Part shown: piece after piece, positions 10,118 through 23,000 of the stretch | Layout: the number at the start of each line of letters is the position of its first letter | Position numbering within the stretch: the stretch's first letter is position 1 | NCBI RefSeq assembly: GCF_008831285.2 | Contig: NC_045138.2 | Span: 3,658,001-3,722,000, forward strand | Length of the DNA stretch: 64,000 bases | Source: Nymphaea colorata | Taxonomy: Eukaryota | Direction: 5' to 3' | The notes under the pieces: generated by a model | The model's database searches: none | The model's input: the letters and a program-made list of their open reading frames with translations, nothing else | Told to the model about the DNA's origin: nothing | Program-made: the position numbers and the translations under genes

Positions 10118-13100
10118 CTTATACCCTTTCTGTATAGAAGAGTAACCCAAGAATATACCTTTAAAGGCCTGAGGATCTAATTTCTCGACATGTGGACTGT
10201 GATTATGAATGAAACATACACAGCCAAACACATAAGGGGGGAGAGCAAATGGATCCCGGCCATGCATTAACATAGAATAAGGAGTCTGCTCATTCACAGG
10301 ACTAGGCATATGGTTGATAAGAAAAGCACAGGTGAGTACATCACCCCAATACTTCTTGGGCATGTCGTTGAAACAACAAGACTCGAGTGACATCAAGCAA
10401 ATGACAGTTCTTTCGCTCAGCAACTCCAATTTGAGGCAGGATGTAACAACATGATGTCTCATGGACAATTCCCTTTTCCGAAAGAATGTTTCAACAGAAT
10501 TAGAGGCATACTCACGAGCATTAACATATCAAAAGGTCTGAACAGAAGCATTATACTATGTTTCTACAAGAGTCATAAAGGTTTCAACGACATTAGCCAC
10601 TTCACTACGATCTTTCAACAGATAGACAAAAGTGCTACGAGAATAATCATCAATAAACATAACGAAATATTGAAAATCATGACCAAAGGAAATGCCCGAA
10701 GGGCCACACACATCATAATGAATCAAGGCAAAAGCTTTATGAGATCGACTTTCAGAAATAGGGTACAAAGCATGAACATGTTTAGCCAATTGGCAGAATT
10801 CACATGATACTAAGTCCATGCTAATGTTGAAAAACAAATCAGGAAACAACCGTCGAAGTAAAACAAAAGGAAGGTGCCTAAGTCTCTCGTGCCATCTCAA
10901 AACAAGCTGAATCTGATCATCTTTGTTCTTTTCCTCAATGATTATTGTCATAAGAGCACTTGCAACCTTCAATGGCATCTGATACAGTGATACAGCTCAT
11001 CAGAAGCCAAACTAATCCCAATCTTCCTCCATGTCAACAAGTTTTTGCAAAACAAATCGATCCACAAAAAATATTAAGTTATAGTTCAACTCTTTGCTGA
11101 TCTTGCTGATAGACAAAAGATTCAAAGGAAGATGAGGAACGTGAAGTGCATTATAAACTAGATATTTATTTAATAGCAGCACAAGACTCCCTTTTCCAGC
11201 TGTAGATATAAAAGATCCATCCGCTACAGCGACCCTCTCCTTCACATAAGAGAGGTCGTATTCCTGAAATACCTTGGAATCTCCGGTCATAGGGTGTGTA
11301 GCACCACCATCAACAATCCATTCACCAGAATAAATTACCTTTATTACCACTCACGGCAAGGACACGATTGACCTTCACATCATCAGAACGCTCATCCTTG
11401 TGAACATCAATGCAGCTTAAGTAGGCTTGAAGTTCACGAATCTGATCAGCAGTAACCGTCCTTTCTTCACCAATGTAATCAACAGCTTCAGGAACAGCAG
11501 CCACCTTTTTTTCTCTCAAGTTTTTTGCTGCCACGATTATTCTTCCTTTTTGGATGGAGATCCCAACAAAAATCAACAGTATGACCATTCTTTTTGCAAT
11601 GTGAGCATTTCCGAATGCCTTTCTGGCTGGATCCCGGACCATGGCTAACCAAGGCAGATAGTATACCAGGCATAACGTCAGTGGAACCCAGGCCTACCAT
11701 CACAAGTCGCCTTTGTTCATCAGCCTCAACTCTGAAATAGACTTCCACAATGTTAGAAACTTCCCCAAAGTTAAGAATTTGACTTTGAATGCCTTCAAAT
11801 TCATCCTTCAAGCCTCCAAGGAACACAAAAATGCAACTTTTCCATTCTTTCCCAAAACAGTTTCTGGTCATATGCACACTCCCACTTATTTTGGAAGTAA
11901 TAATCCAATTCTTTCAGGGAAGCATAAAATTCAGCTACAGTGCTATCAACCTACTGAAGAGAATATATATCCTTCATCAATTGGTAGACACTAGACACAG
12001 ACATCTTTCTTTTTTTGTGCATACATCTGTTCAAAGACAATCCACATATTGTAGGCAGTCCTTTTCCGAAGAATCAATGACTGAAGTTCAGTGAACAAAG
12101 TTAACAAGCCAGGTTTTGACCTAATTAACTTCAAGATACCACATTTCCCAGTAAGGATCAGTTTCAACAAGCCGTTTCTTTCTTCCATTTATGTAGGAAA
12201 TCCAGCCATGACCAACAATTCCCATTGTAATGATGGCATACCAGCGAAGGTAAATGTCCTTGGTCAAGCGAATCATTGTGACTTGGACATGAAGATGATC
12301 CGGTTTCTACGATACAACCCATCCTTTTAGTTGAGCTACCCTCTTTCTGCTTAGTAGCCATCATGCGTAATGGGAATCACAATGCACAGAAATCAAGCAA
12401 CGCAAGAGGACCTGCTCCAGTCTGTGGCACCAGGTCTGCACACAAAAGGTGACACCACTTCCGCCAAAGAGGACCTGCGCCAATCTGCAACACAAAGCTG
12501 CACACAGAAGACCTGCTCCAAATACGACATGGAGCTGCACACAATCAAAGCCCTCACTGCTGCTACCGCCCGTGCGGTGCAGCGACCAATCCTCACTTTT
12601 CTTCCGGCAATGTTCAGGGTTTTCCTGCGACCAGTAGGCTATCTCCCACCAGAGGCAGCAGTCCTCAACCTTTTCCAGCGACAAGAGCCGTTCATTCAGG
12701 CGACGGCTCCAGCGATAGCATACTCAGGCAATGACGCACTCAGGCGATGGCTCCAGAGAAGGGGCACTTAGACGACGGCTCTAGCAGCAGCCCACTCAGG
12801 CGACGGATCCAGCGATAGCATACTCAAGCAATGGTGCACTCAAACGATGGCTCGAGCTACGGCTCCAAAAAAAAGGCTCTAGCGACGTCTCACTAGGAAA
12901 AAGTCTTCTTTGATAATAATAATAATTAAGAAAAAAAAAACTGCTCTGATACCATGTAGAAATATGGATATGGAAGAAGAGAAGAGAAACACGGATTTAA
13001 CGTGGAAAATCCCTCAAAAACTAAGGAAAAAAAACACAGTAGAGATGGAAGAAGCGCACTCACTAGCTGTGATTTTCTCTCTCTCTTAATTTCATTAACA

Positions 13101-13724
13101 AAAACAAATTAGGGTTAAAACACCCTTCCGACAATCACCACACTTAAGAGATGGATGGGTCAGGTCCGAACCTGCAACCCGTCTAGATACAAACTCGTTA
13201 ACATGGGGAAAACATAGTTACATGAAGCTATTTTCAACAAGTAAATTGAAAGCAGGAAACTCAGAGACTTCATGAATGCATCTTTGCAAGCCATCAAGAG
13301 CTCAAAAAATAGTTCACTGAGATGCTAACTCCTTAAGAAACTACACCCAAATTAATTTTGCATGACAATTGACAATAAGTTGACTAAGATGAAATTATGA
13401 ACACCAAAGCAGCCCGGCTGCCTTAAACCATGCATTTTACTGTGATGGAGAAGCAACACTTAATAAAGTTGATCCCATAGCAAATTCTGCTCTCACTAGC
13501 TGGACCAAAGTAATGAAGATAGTCTACGCTAAAAACATATCATAGATAATGAAAACTCTTCTATTGCCATCTGAAAAAGTCAAAAAACAAATCAGGAGCC
13601 TACACTATCCATTGTCAAGCTAGTCACTGGCTTTGTTCATAGCATAATCCACTAATAAAAGCATGAAAGAAATACTCAAATGCCTTTACAGCATGAGTGA
13701 CTAGCAGAAATATGCATTAAATAC

Positions 13725-13799
13725 CTTCTTCATGGCATGGTCGAAATCTTCTAGAGTTCCATATTCTCTTTCAAATCGCAACCATGAAGTACATATATC
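13725..13799 (-). CDS. SART3: SART3-like exon 12 ([25 protein letters not shown])
   Basis: TTCAG| acceptor, AAG|GTATT donor; 75 nt; no further exon found to position 1. Confidence 0.92.
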
Positions 13800-14152
13800 C
13801 TGAACAATTTAATGTGTCAAAAGAAAAGTATCATCTGATTGATGGAAAAAAAATTTACTTCAAATACATTACATAACAGTAAAAAAACATAAATTGTCAT
13901 CTGATTCATGGGGTCCTATGGTTGATGGGATGGCACTATTTTCTTTGTGAAACTATGTGCTTGTTACACAATTGTTGCAGTGGTTATCATGCATGTATGC
14001 CACAATGCATGTTCACCTCAACAAGAACTCAAGGGACAGCTCAAGGGAATGCTTACAAACAAGAATACTTTAATAAGCCGTCACATGAGTGCATGCTGTG
14101 GGTGCGAGTAGGGGTGTGCCAATTTTTCGAAAAAAAAATAGATGAGGGTACG

Positions 14153-14196
<44 letters not shown>

Positions 14197-15498
14197 TTTA
14201 GTAGCCTTATTTATACTTACACATAAAACTTTTTATATTAGAGGTCTTTTAGTTAGGTCCACATTTAAAATAATCAGTTTTAGCCCAATTCAGCTGACCA
14301 CACAAAACGTGCTGTGTTAGAAAAGCAGCAGCAGCAGCATCAACACGGCTGCAGCAACCGTTGAGGAGCAACCATGTGACATAGTTAACAAGGGACATAA
14401 CCTCTCTCTCTCTCTCTCTCTCTTTATACACACAACACACACACACACATATATATATATAAAATTGTGACAAATTCTGTTGTCAAGTTCTTATGGGCAA
14501 GGTTTTTCAAGTGTGGGATTTTTTTTCCTCAGGAAAATCTCAATGAACTAAAAAAATATCAAAATTTGAGTTTTCTAGCACTAAACTGACAAAAATTCAA
14601 CTTAGTCATTAAATTTGTTTAAAAAATTTAAAAAAAAAAACATTTTTTCCTGGAATTCATTTTGAGTATTCTTTCAAAACATTGTATTTTTTATTTTCCT
14701 TCATTTTCTGTTCTCTTTTTTTTTTTTTCAAAAAAGCAGACACAAGCACGCACACTCTTCCATGTGCTAGAATTCTAGCTGTTGGAAGCAGCCCATAATG
14801 ATAGTCACTTCATAGTGTATATCCAGAACTTCTTGGAAAAAAAATGATAATAAGAAATATATGAATCTATACTATATATAATATTAATAATTATATAGAA
14901 TAGGCATCTGGTACCAAACTGTTGTCATGATCTTTTTTTTTTTTGGAAATATGAATTCATAGTATTAGTACCTATACGTGCATCTGGTAAGAACTTGAAT
15001 TGTGCCTTATTACTTTTTTTACGTGCAATTAAGATTTGACTCTTCTAAGCACCAACCAGTGCTTTATGTGATTGACAAATTTTATGTTTATAACTGAAGA
15101 GAAATTGAGAAAAGAAACAGTCTTAATAAAACAAATTTTATTAATCGCAACACAATTTTTAGCAGTTGTTAGTTACAATCTTGGCTTTGGGACTTTGAGG
15201 ATACCTAAGGAGATATCATGCATTTACCCTTGCAAAGCCTGAGGCAGCAGTACTGAACATGTCTAGACACTAAAACCCAAACCAATACACTTGACATGCC
15301 TGGGATATGAAACATCCAAAAAATCTTGTGTGCATATCTCAGGTAAGATATGTCTTCAAAAGGATGTGGACTCATAACAAGCTGGATCTCCATCAAAATA
15401 CAGAATAGTTATCCTTTTTCTCCAAAACTGACTGTGCTCCTTTTCTACTTTTCCTTCTTTTCTTTCTCTGGTTTCATGTCAGCTGGTTGCTATGGCCT

Positions 15499-15563
<65 letters not shown>

Positions 15564-17001
15564 CTCCAGTAGTGCTTATTTATTTTTCTCAAGGCTACAA
15601 TTGTTTCCTTTTTCACGTGTTTCATAATTAAAGTGGACCTAGACTCTACAAACTGGTAATGGCTATAATGGCCACTTCAGTAGACTCAAGACTCCCTCTT
15701 TTTTCAATGTTACCCATTAATAAGTTAGAAAAGGTGTTACTTACAGAATTTTCCTTCTCATATGTGTGTTGTTTGACACTTTATACCCATGTTTGACAGA
15801 AGGCAGACGCCAGCTTAGTGCCCATTTATGAACTATAAAATTTTTGCTTGAACTTCATATTATGAACTTGTTCAAATTAAATTGGCTTCATATGCTAGGG
15901 CCTTTGCAAAGAGTGTAACAGTTCATTCTTCTCTTGGTTTTGTCTGTTTTATGGTGTACTTTGTCCTAATTAATAATTGCATAAAAACTAAAAAGCAGTT
16001 ACGTAACATTTAGAGGTATTACAATTTGTTCCTACATCTCTTTTAAGTTTCAAGAGCATATCAAATCCAATGACAATTACTTCTGACGGACGGAGCCCTC
16101 TTTCAGTAATCAGCTTAGCCAAAATCCTGCCTACTACGACTGCCATTAAATAAGTGAAGAACAATGGAGTAGGGAAGTTCACATGGCTCACACTCATAAT
16201 ATGACAGAGACGATCATGCAACTTAAAAGGTCTAGTTCACAGACCAGAACAACACTTTTCTAGGACATCTTTGCTCAGGTATATCTACCCTTCCCTGAAT
16301 AACTATATGAGTGTCATCACTAATAAAACCCATCAGAAGCAAACACTTGTTAAGGCCCAAAAAGATGGGAAATACGTCTCAGATTATCCAAGTTGTCCCC
16401 ACTTACGTTTTCAAACAATCAATTATGAATTTATGACAGTGCATCCAATTAAAGAAAGACAGGTTGATGGATGATGGATGCAGAGTTGTCCTTTAAGCTC
16501 AGGATGAGATTAGAAACCCTATCTTTTTAAATTTAGCATAATTGACCAATTAGATAGAAATAAAAAATAATTTACCTAGCCTAAAATGTGCAGGATGTGA
16601 ATGACAATATTTTCATGCACAGAAACAGCCAAAAATATATCACTATTTGCCTATTTGCTTTAAAATCATTTTCAGAAAACTGATGGTGCAACTAAGTCAC
16701 ACAAGTACCGGTATGGGTATCGTGATGCGGGTACTGGCAGAGAGAGAGAGAGAGAGTATATTATAATATATATATAAGAAAAACTTATGCTTGGTATTCT
16801 GTTTAAGAAATTTGCAACATTGTCGCACCAGTTTGCAAGTTTCGCATATTATTTAAATTGTTTCCATAATAAGAGTAAATTTTCATGGACTTAAGGAGAA
16901 ATTTAAAAATGTTAAAAAGAAAGAAACAGGCACATGCTGCAGCCCCCCCACTCCCTCTCTCTCTTCATCACTGATGGGAAAGCAGCAGAGCAGGAAACAA
17001 G

Positions 17002-17035
<34 letters not shown>

Positions 17036-20000
17036 AAGAGGGGGGAAATAACAAACTCTAACTTAAAAAACAGAAAAAATTGAAACAAAAAGTGCATACT
17101 TTGCCACTGCCAGCTGCCGCTGTTCATGGCTGGGTGTTACCAGCTGGCGAGTGCCACTGCTGGCCATCATAAACTCTGGTAGACAATATTTGTGCAAAGG
17201 GAAGGTGAGAAGTCAACAGGAGGTAGACATCAAGGAGACTTTGTTATTTTCTTAAATCATATGTTTTGGGTCTTTCCAATGCCGAACTGTCCAACTGGTG
17301 TTGCCATAACCGCTTCCCTGTGTTGGCATATCAACACAGGTACATGGGCTGTTTAGCCAGATCCCTGTCTCCAAGCAATAGTTGCATTGTGGAAGTTGGA
17401 ATACTACTGACACGAATCCTGAAAGTTGCTTTTTTTTTTTTTTCAAATGACAAGTTAGTGGGATTCATGCCAGCAATACATGTCTATTCTTGTGACCAAC
17501 CCATATATATGTATACACACACACACATGTACATAACCACTGGCATACGATCAAGATATTTCTCCTAAAATGGTGTTAATGATCTCCTAATTTTTTGTTA
17601 TGTTTGAAAAATAAACAGTTCAATCGAGAAACAAAGTAAGTTGACTTGAAATCTGACAAATGGCATGCTTTTCACAAAGATAAGAGAAGAAACCTATCAA
17701 AGAAAATTGATCTGCAATCTGCAACAATGTTCATATTAACAAACACACACACAGAGTTACCTTTGACCCACTTCCTGAAAATCTTTTACTGTAACACCTC
17801 TTATAGATAGACCTTGCCTCATGAATGTTTTTCAATCCAATTTCCATTGCTATATATCCTTGCCAGACTTCCAACAAAGAGCCACTTCAAACAGTGAAAA
17901 AACATATTTTAATGAAAATGAGATTAGATAAGAAGGAAATAAGCAACCATCTTATCACTTAGAAGTGAAAGACCACATCTATCCAGACCTCAACTTTATT
18001 AAGCTCTCCCATACTCCTCGAGCAGCAACTGGATCTTTTGCAAGCTCAACTTCTAGGCGAGCCCAATATGCATGCAAATGCAGGAATTCATCTGTGCCCT
18101 TTAAATGTGGTGAAAAGTATTCCGAAGCACGCTGTAATACAAACAAACTTATCAGAAATTAACAGATATTTTAAGGGGAAAATTTTGAACTTTAAAGATA
18201 TCTAGAAAGCTACAACAAGAACAAAATAGTTAAGCTCTGTAACTTTTCTTTGATGGGTTTCCAACTAAAATGATGCAGTAAAATGCAAGAACCATTATTT
18301 CTTATGTAGTAACCAGAATTTTTTGTGTTCTATACTTCTATTTTCTGTTTGACATTTCTTAACCTTCAGTACATCCTTCAAGTAACAGTAGTACATAATA
18401 TTTTTTCATACAGCTGTTTCTGTCACAGGCTGACTCCGTCAGTCCGTGCGGCACGGCAAGAACCTAATTGCTGTCAGCCTTCAAACCACCGCAAGGGGCG
18501 GAAAGAGCGTTTTGGAAAACAAAGTGCATAAAAGATATGCTATTATGGATTAATGGAACAATCTTTCAGTTGTGCCTTAAATACATGAAAAATGTTTCCT
18601 ATGCTTTAGTTCAAAACCTCCATGTGAACATTTTTCCTCAAAAACCAGTAAGAAGTATGTTCTGTGTTTTTTTCCCTGCATTGGAAGCAAAATGGATGCT
18701 AGGCACTACAGCCAAAAATGCCCCCCCTTACCATCTGTTTTTTGCTGGTCCATTTTAATGAAACAGCACATAACAAGAAATGAGAATGTGACAATAATTC
18801 AAAACTTATTATCTTTAAGATTCATTGTGTTAGCCCCCGACTCTTAACAGTCTTATAGTAATAGCATAAGATACAGGAACAAGTGTGGGTCGGGTCTTAG
18901 GAGCAGGTGACCCATTTACTCCCTCTTATAAAAGGGGACTAACATTGTATTAGGACGTCATGAAATTAACGAAATGGACCCTCTCTCGTGCTGAGAGAAT
19001 TTTTGGCCCTAATTTAGAGGTAAATTAGGTTAGGTGTGTTGTGTGTGATTTTCTTTATCACAATTAGCTGGCGGCCAACATCTGGCATCGAAGCCAGATG
19101 ACCACCAAAAGAAGCGTTGGCCGCAGTGGAAGCTCTGCGCGAGCAAGCATAGGCAGATCGTCAAACGATCGCTGGGAGATTCGAAGGAGTTGAAAAGAGT
19201 AGCGGAGAACTGGGACAACGACTTAGCGACATCGAGAGGGAGATGCAATCGAGACAACAGGAAATGATTACGCCTAGCGGGAAGTTATTAACAGGACGGC
19301 CGACGAGACTGGAGGATCACGTGGTGGACAACCAGAATCTTCCACACCTCATCACGCACCACCGGAAACAGGTACGCAACCTCTCAATGATGCGTTTGTA
19401 GGGTCGCCGACGGGCCAGGGAGAGACGATGGGATATATGAAGGTTCCTAGGATGGAATTTCCCAAATTTAATGGAGAGGATCCTATCAGTTGGGTTTTTA
19501 GAATAGAACAGTATTTCGATTGCCAAAAAAAAATTGCGCCAAACCAATGGGTCTCACATGCTGCTTTTCACTTGGAAGGACAAGTAATATGTTGGTACAA
19601 ATGGATCATCACGCAGCAACGGAAGCCGCCATGGAGGGTTTTCATGGAGGCGCTCAAGGTAAGATTTAGACCCTCAACTTACTTAGACTATAACATTGAA
19701 TTGTCTAAGATAAAACAGAAAGGGAAGGTGGTGGAACATCAAGCAGAATTTGAGGAGGTAAGCAATATAGTGAGTGGGTAGCCTGTCGAGGCCTTGATTG
19801 GCACCTTCATCGGCAGATTGAAGGAGGAGTATCGCATTGAGGTGCAAGCGGCCAAACCCCAAAGCCTCTTAGAAGCCTTCGAGCTGGCAAGAATTGCAGA
19901 AGAAAAATCGAACAGACTCCGCAAAGGTTGGAAGGAGAGTAGGACCAACAAAAATTTGCCAAACAGAAACGCCAGTCACAAGAGACCTGCACGAGGTCCA

Positions 20001-23000
20001 GCCAGCAGCGCGTGAGGCTCAGCCAACACACAGAGAAGGCACAGGGAACAAACATGTTTTGGTCAAAGCGACTTAGTCTAGAACAAATCAGGGAACGATG
20101 CAAGAAGGGACTGTTCTTTCAATGCGACGAAAAATGGGGCCCAGGACAGGAGACCGATGACAAAATAGAAGAATTAATTCCAGAAATATCTCTTCATGCC
20201 CTAGAAGGAGACAACATTCCCCAAATGATGAGAGTAGAATGTCGAGTAAAGGGAAGGGCTGTCAGCATATTGGTGGACATGGGATCGACACATAACTTCA
20301 TTGGGGAGAAGACTACCAAGGTATGTGGCTGTAACATAATTGAGCAATCAGAATTTAAAGTGGTAGTTGGCAACAGCAGCTCGCTGTGGTGTAAAGGACG
20401 CTGCCAAAAAGAAGAGGTTGAGATCCAAGGGCAACGATTTGTGGTGGAATTGCTTCCCCTAGCTATGGGGGGAGCTGATTTGATTTTAGGAATTCAATGG
20501 TTGAGGCAGTTGGGAAAGGTTTGGTGGAATTTCACGACCATGACAATGACCTTTGTTGAAATAGATTGTGTTAGAATATGTTATTGTGGGAACCAGGTCC
20601 ATATCTGGACCCGGTTCTATGGGGCGCGGGTACCGAAGCGGGCTCGGTACCCTAGGCGGCTTCTCCTCTCTCCCTCTTTATATTGTCACTTATGTATAAG
20701 TGTTGAATTAAGTGAAATAGAATTTTCTCTCTCCTAGGGTTGCGGGTGTGCACCTAGGTAGAGCTTCCCGTGGTTTTTTCCTCGTCCGAGGTTTTTCCAC
20801 GTACATCGTGTGTTCTTCCTCTTCTTCCTCTACGTGGTTCGTGTTTCTACATGGTATCAGAGCCATCAAAGTTGGAGAAGAGTTTTTTTTTCCCGATGAT
20901 CGTTTGACGTGGAAGTTTTTCGTCGCCCGACGCCGTTGAAGTTCCGGCGCCGCTGCTGCCCTTGTGACGTCGCCCTGCTCTGCCGCCGCCGTCCTCCGTT
21001 CCGCCGCTGGTTGCGCCTCCGCAGTCCTCCGTTCGGCCTGTTCTACGTTTCTGCCACCGTGGGTGGCCTCTGTTTTGCGCCGTCGCCTGCCTTCCGTCGC
21101 CGCTGCCTCAATCCCGCCGCCGTCAACTCTCCGTTTCTGTGCCTCTTGTTGCTGTGTGCTTGTTTGTGATGGCAGAAGCGATGGGGACTCAAAAAGATGC
21201 CGTTCTTGACGCGGGCAGCGCCTCCAAGACTGAGAACGTGCCGATCCAGGTCACCTCCATCCGTCTGACCAAGGACAATTACCTATCTTGGTCTGCCGCT
21301 CTCGAGATTGGGATTACTAGCCGTGGGCGTCTCTCTTACATCACTGGCGACAAACCTGCGCCCATCAAATCTGATCCTCAATGGGCGACGTGGGCGTTGG
21401 AGGACAGCCAGGTGAAGGTGTGGATTATCAGCTCCGTGTCCTCCGATATCCAGCCCCTCATTCTACGGAAGCTGACCTCTTTCGATATGTGGACTGTGCT
21501 TGCAAAGATGTATGGTCGCAAGAAGAGACATCTGCGCACCTATTAGATTAAACGCAGTATTTACTCCCTGACACAGGGTGATTTGTCTGTTGCTGCCTTC
21601 TATGCTGCCCTGAAGACCAAATGGGAGGAGCTAGATTATCATGTGACTGATGAGTGGAAGTGCGGTTCAGATCATTCCCTCTACTGGGAAAAGGAATGGA
21701 TGGACCGTACGTTTCTGTTTCTGGGAGGCCTGCGGGATGAATTTGAGTCTATTCGTAGCCAGATTCTTAATGGTGATGAGATTCCGAGGATAGAGGAAGT
21801 ATATGCTCGTGTTGAGTCTGAAGAACAACGTCGCCAGGTGATGCATCTTGACACCGGTCATGGCCCTTCTGCCTTTGTCAGCCGTGCCTCAGGGACTGGG
21901 CAGCGTCCTGCCCGGCATTACACTCATTGCAACAAGTTGGGGCGTTCAGTGGATTTCTGTTGGGATCTTCATCCTGAGAAGAGACTGGTCAGAGGTCGTC
22001 CTCCCTCTTGCAAGCGTAGCCCTTCTGTGTCTGATTCCAGTCAGAGCAATCCTTCTAGTGGTGCAAAGTCCAAGCTGTCCCCTGATCAACTCAAGGAGCT
22101 ACAGGCGTACATCAGCCACCTATCTACTACCCCTGAGGAGTCCTCCACGTCTGAAGGGGCTCAGCTAGCCCAAGCCCTCGTTGCCTCGACTGATCAAGGT
22201 AACCCTTCTCTTGGTGATTGGATTGTTGATAGTGGAGCGACTCACCACATGACACGGGACTCTAAACTCTTTCAAGAATATCAACTTTCCTCTGGCAAGC
22301 AACGCGTGTCTATGGCAAATGGGTCTTCTATCTCTGTGGCTGGGAAAGGGAGCTTGTCCCTGTTGAACAAATACCGTCTCCACAATGCCCTGCATGTTCC
22401 AAATATACCTGTGAACTTACTCTCTGCCCGCAGTATTACTAAAGAATTAAACTGTAATCTGATTTTTTCTGCTGATCACTGTTCCCTGCAGGACTTGGTG
22501 ACGGGGAAGAAGATTGGGATTGGTTCGGTTACTGATGGGCTCTACAGGCTGCCGGTAAAAGTTGCTTCAGCATTGATTTCTGCCACGCGTGGTCACTTGT
22601 CTGGTGTGAACGATCAATCTACTGTTCTGCGATGGCACGAGCGTCTTGGACATCTCCCCTTTCCGTTAATAAAGAAGTTGTTTCCTCATTTGTTTGCTTC
22701 TGTCTCCATTGACTCCTTCGCTTGTTAAGTGTGTCAATTGGCTAAACATGTCAGGGCTTCGTACCCTATTTCATTGAATAAAACAACTCATCCGTTTGCC
22801 TTAGTTCATTCCGATGTTTGGGGTCCTTTTGGAGTACCCACGTGTGGTGGTTGTCACTATTTTTTGACGCTTATTGATGATTACTCTAGATGTACGTTCG
22901 TGTACTTGTTGCGAGAACATAGTGAGGTTCCAGCAGTTGTGAAAAACTTTGTTGCCTTTGTTGAGACTCAATTCCATACAACTGTTCAAGCTTTCCGTAC

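Larger units (their letters stand above)
917..12364 (-). pseudogene. Copia A gag-pol remnant (many stops and frameshifts, three insertions)
   Basis: ORF fragments with [46 protein letters not shown]. Confidence 0.9.
655..13203 (-). mobile_element. Copia A: old degenerate full-length Ty1/Copia element (co-oriented with host gene) carrying nested insertions
   Basis: LTRs 655-916 and 12955-13203 (TG..CA, visibly diverged); TSD tgggg at 650-654 and 13204-13208; tRNA-iMet PBS at 12943-12954; fragmented gag-PR-IN-RT-RH on minus strand. Confidence 0.93.

Noticed and set aside
1..13724. Further SART3-like exons (coiled-coil/RRM region)
   Set aside because: None recognised; almost all of the interval is TE, so the next exon is inferred to lie outside the window
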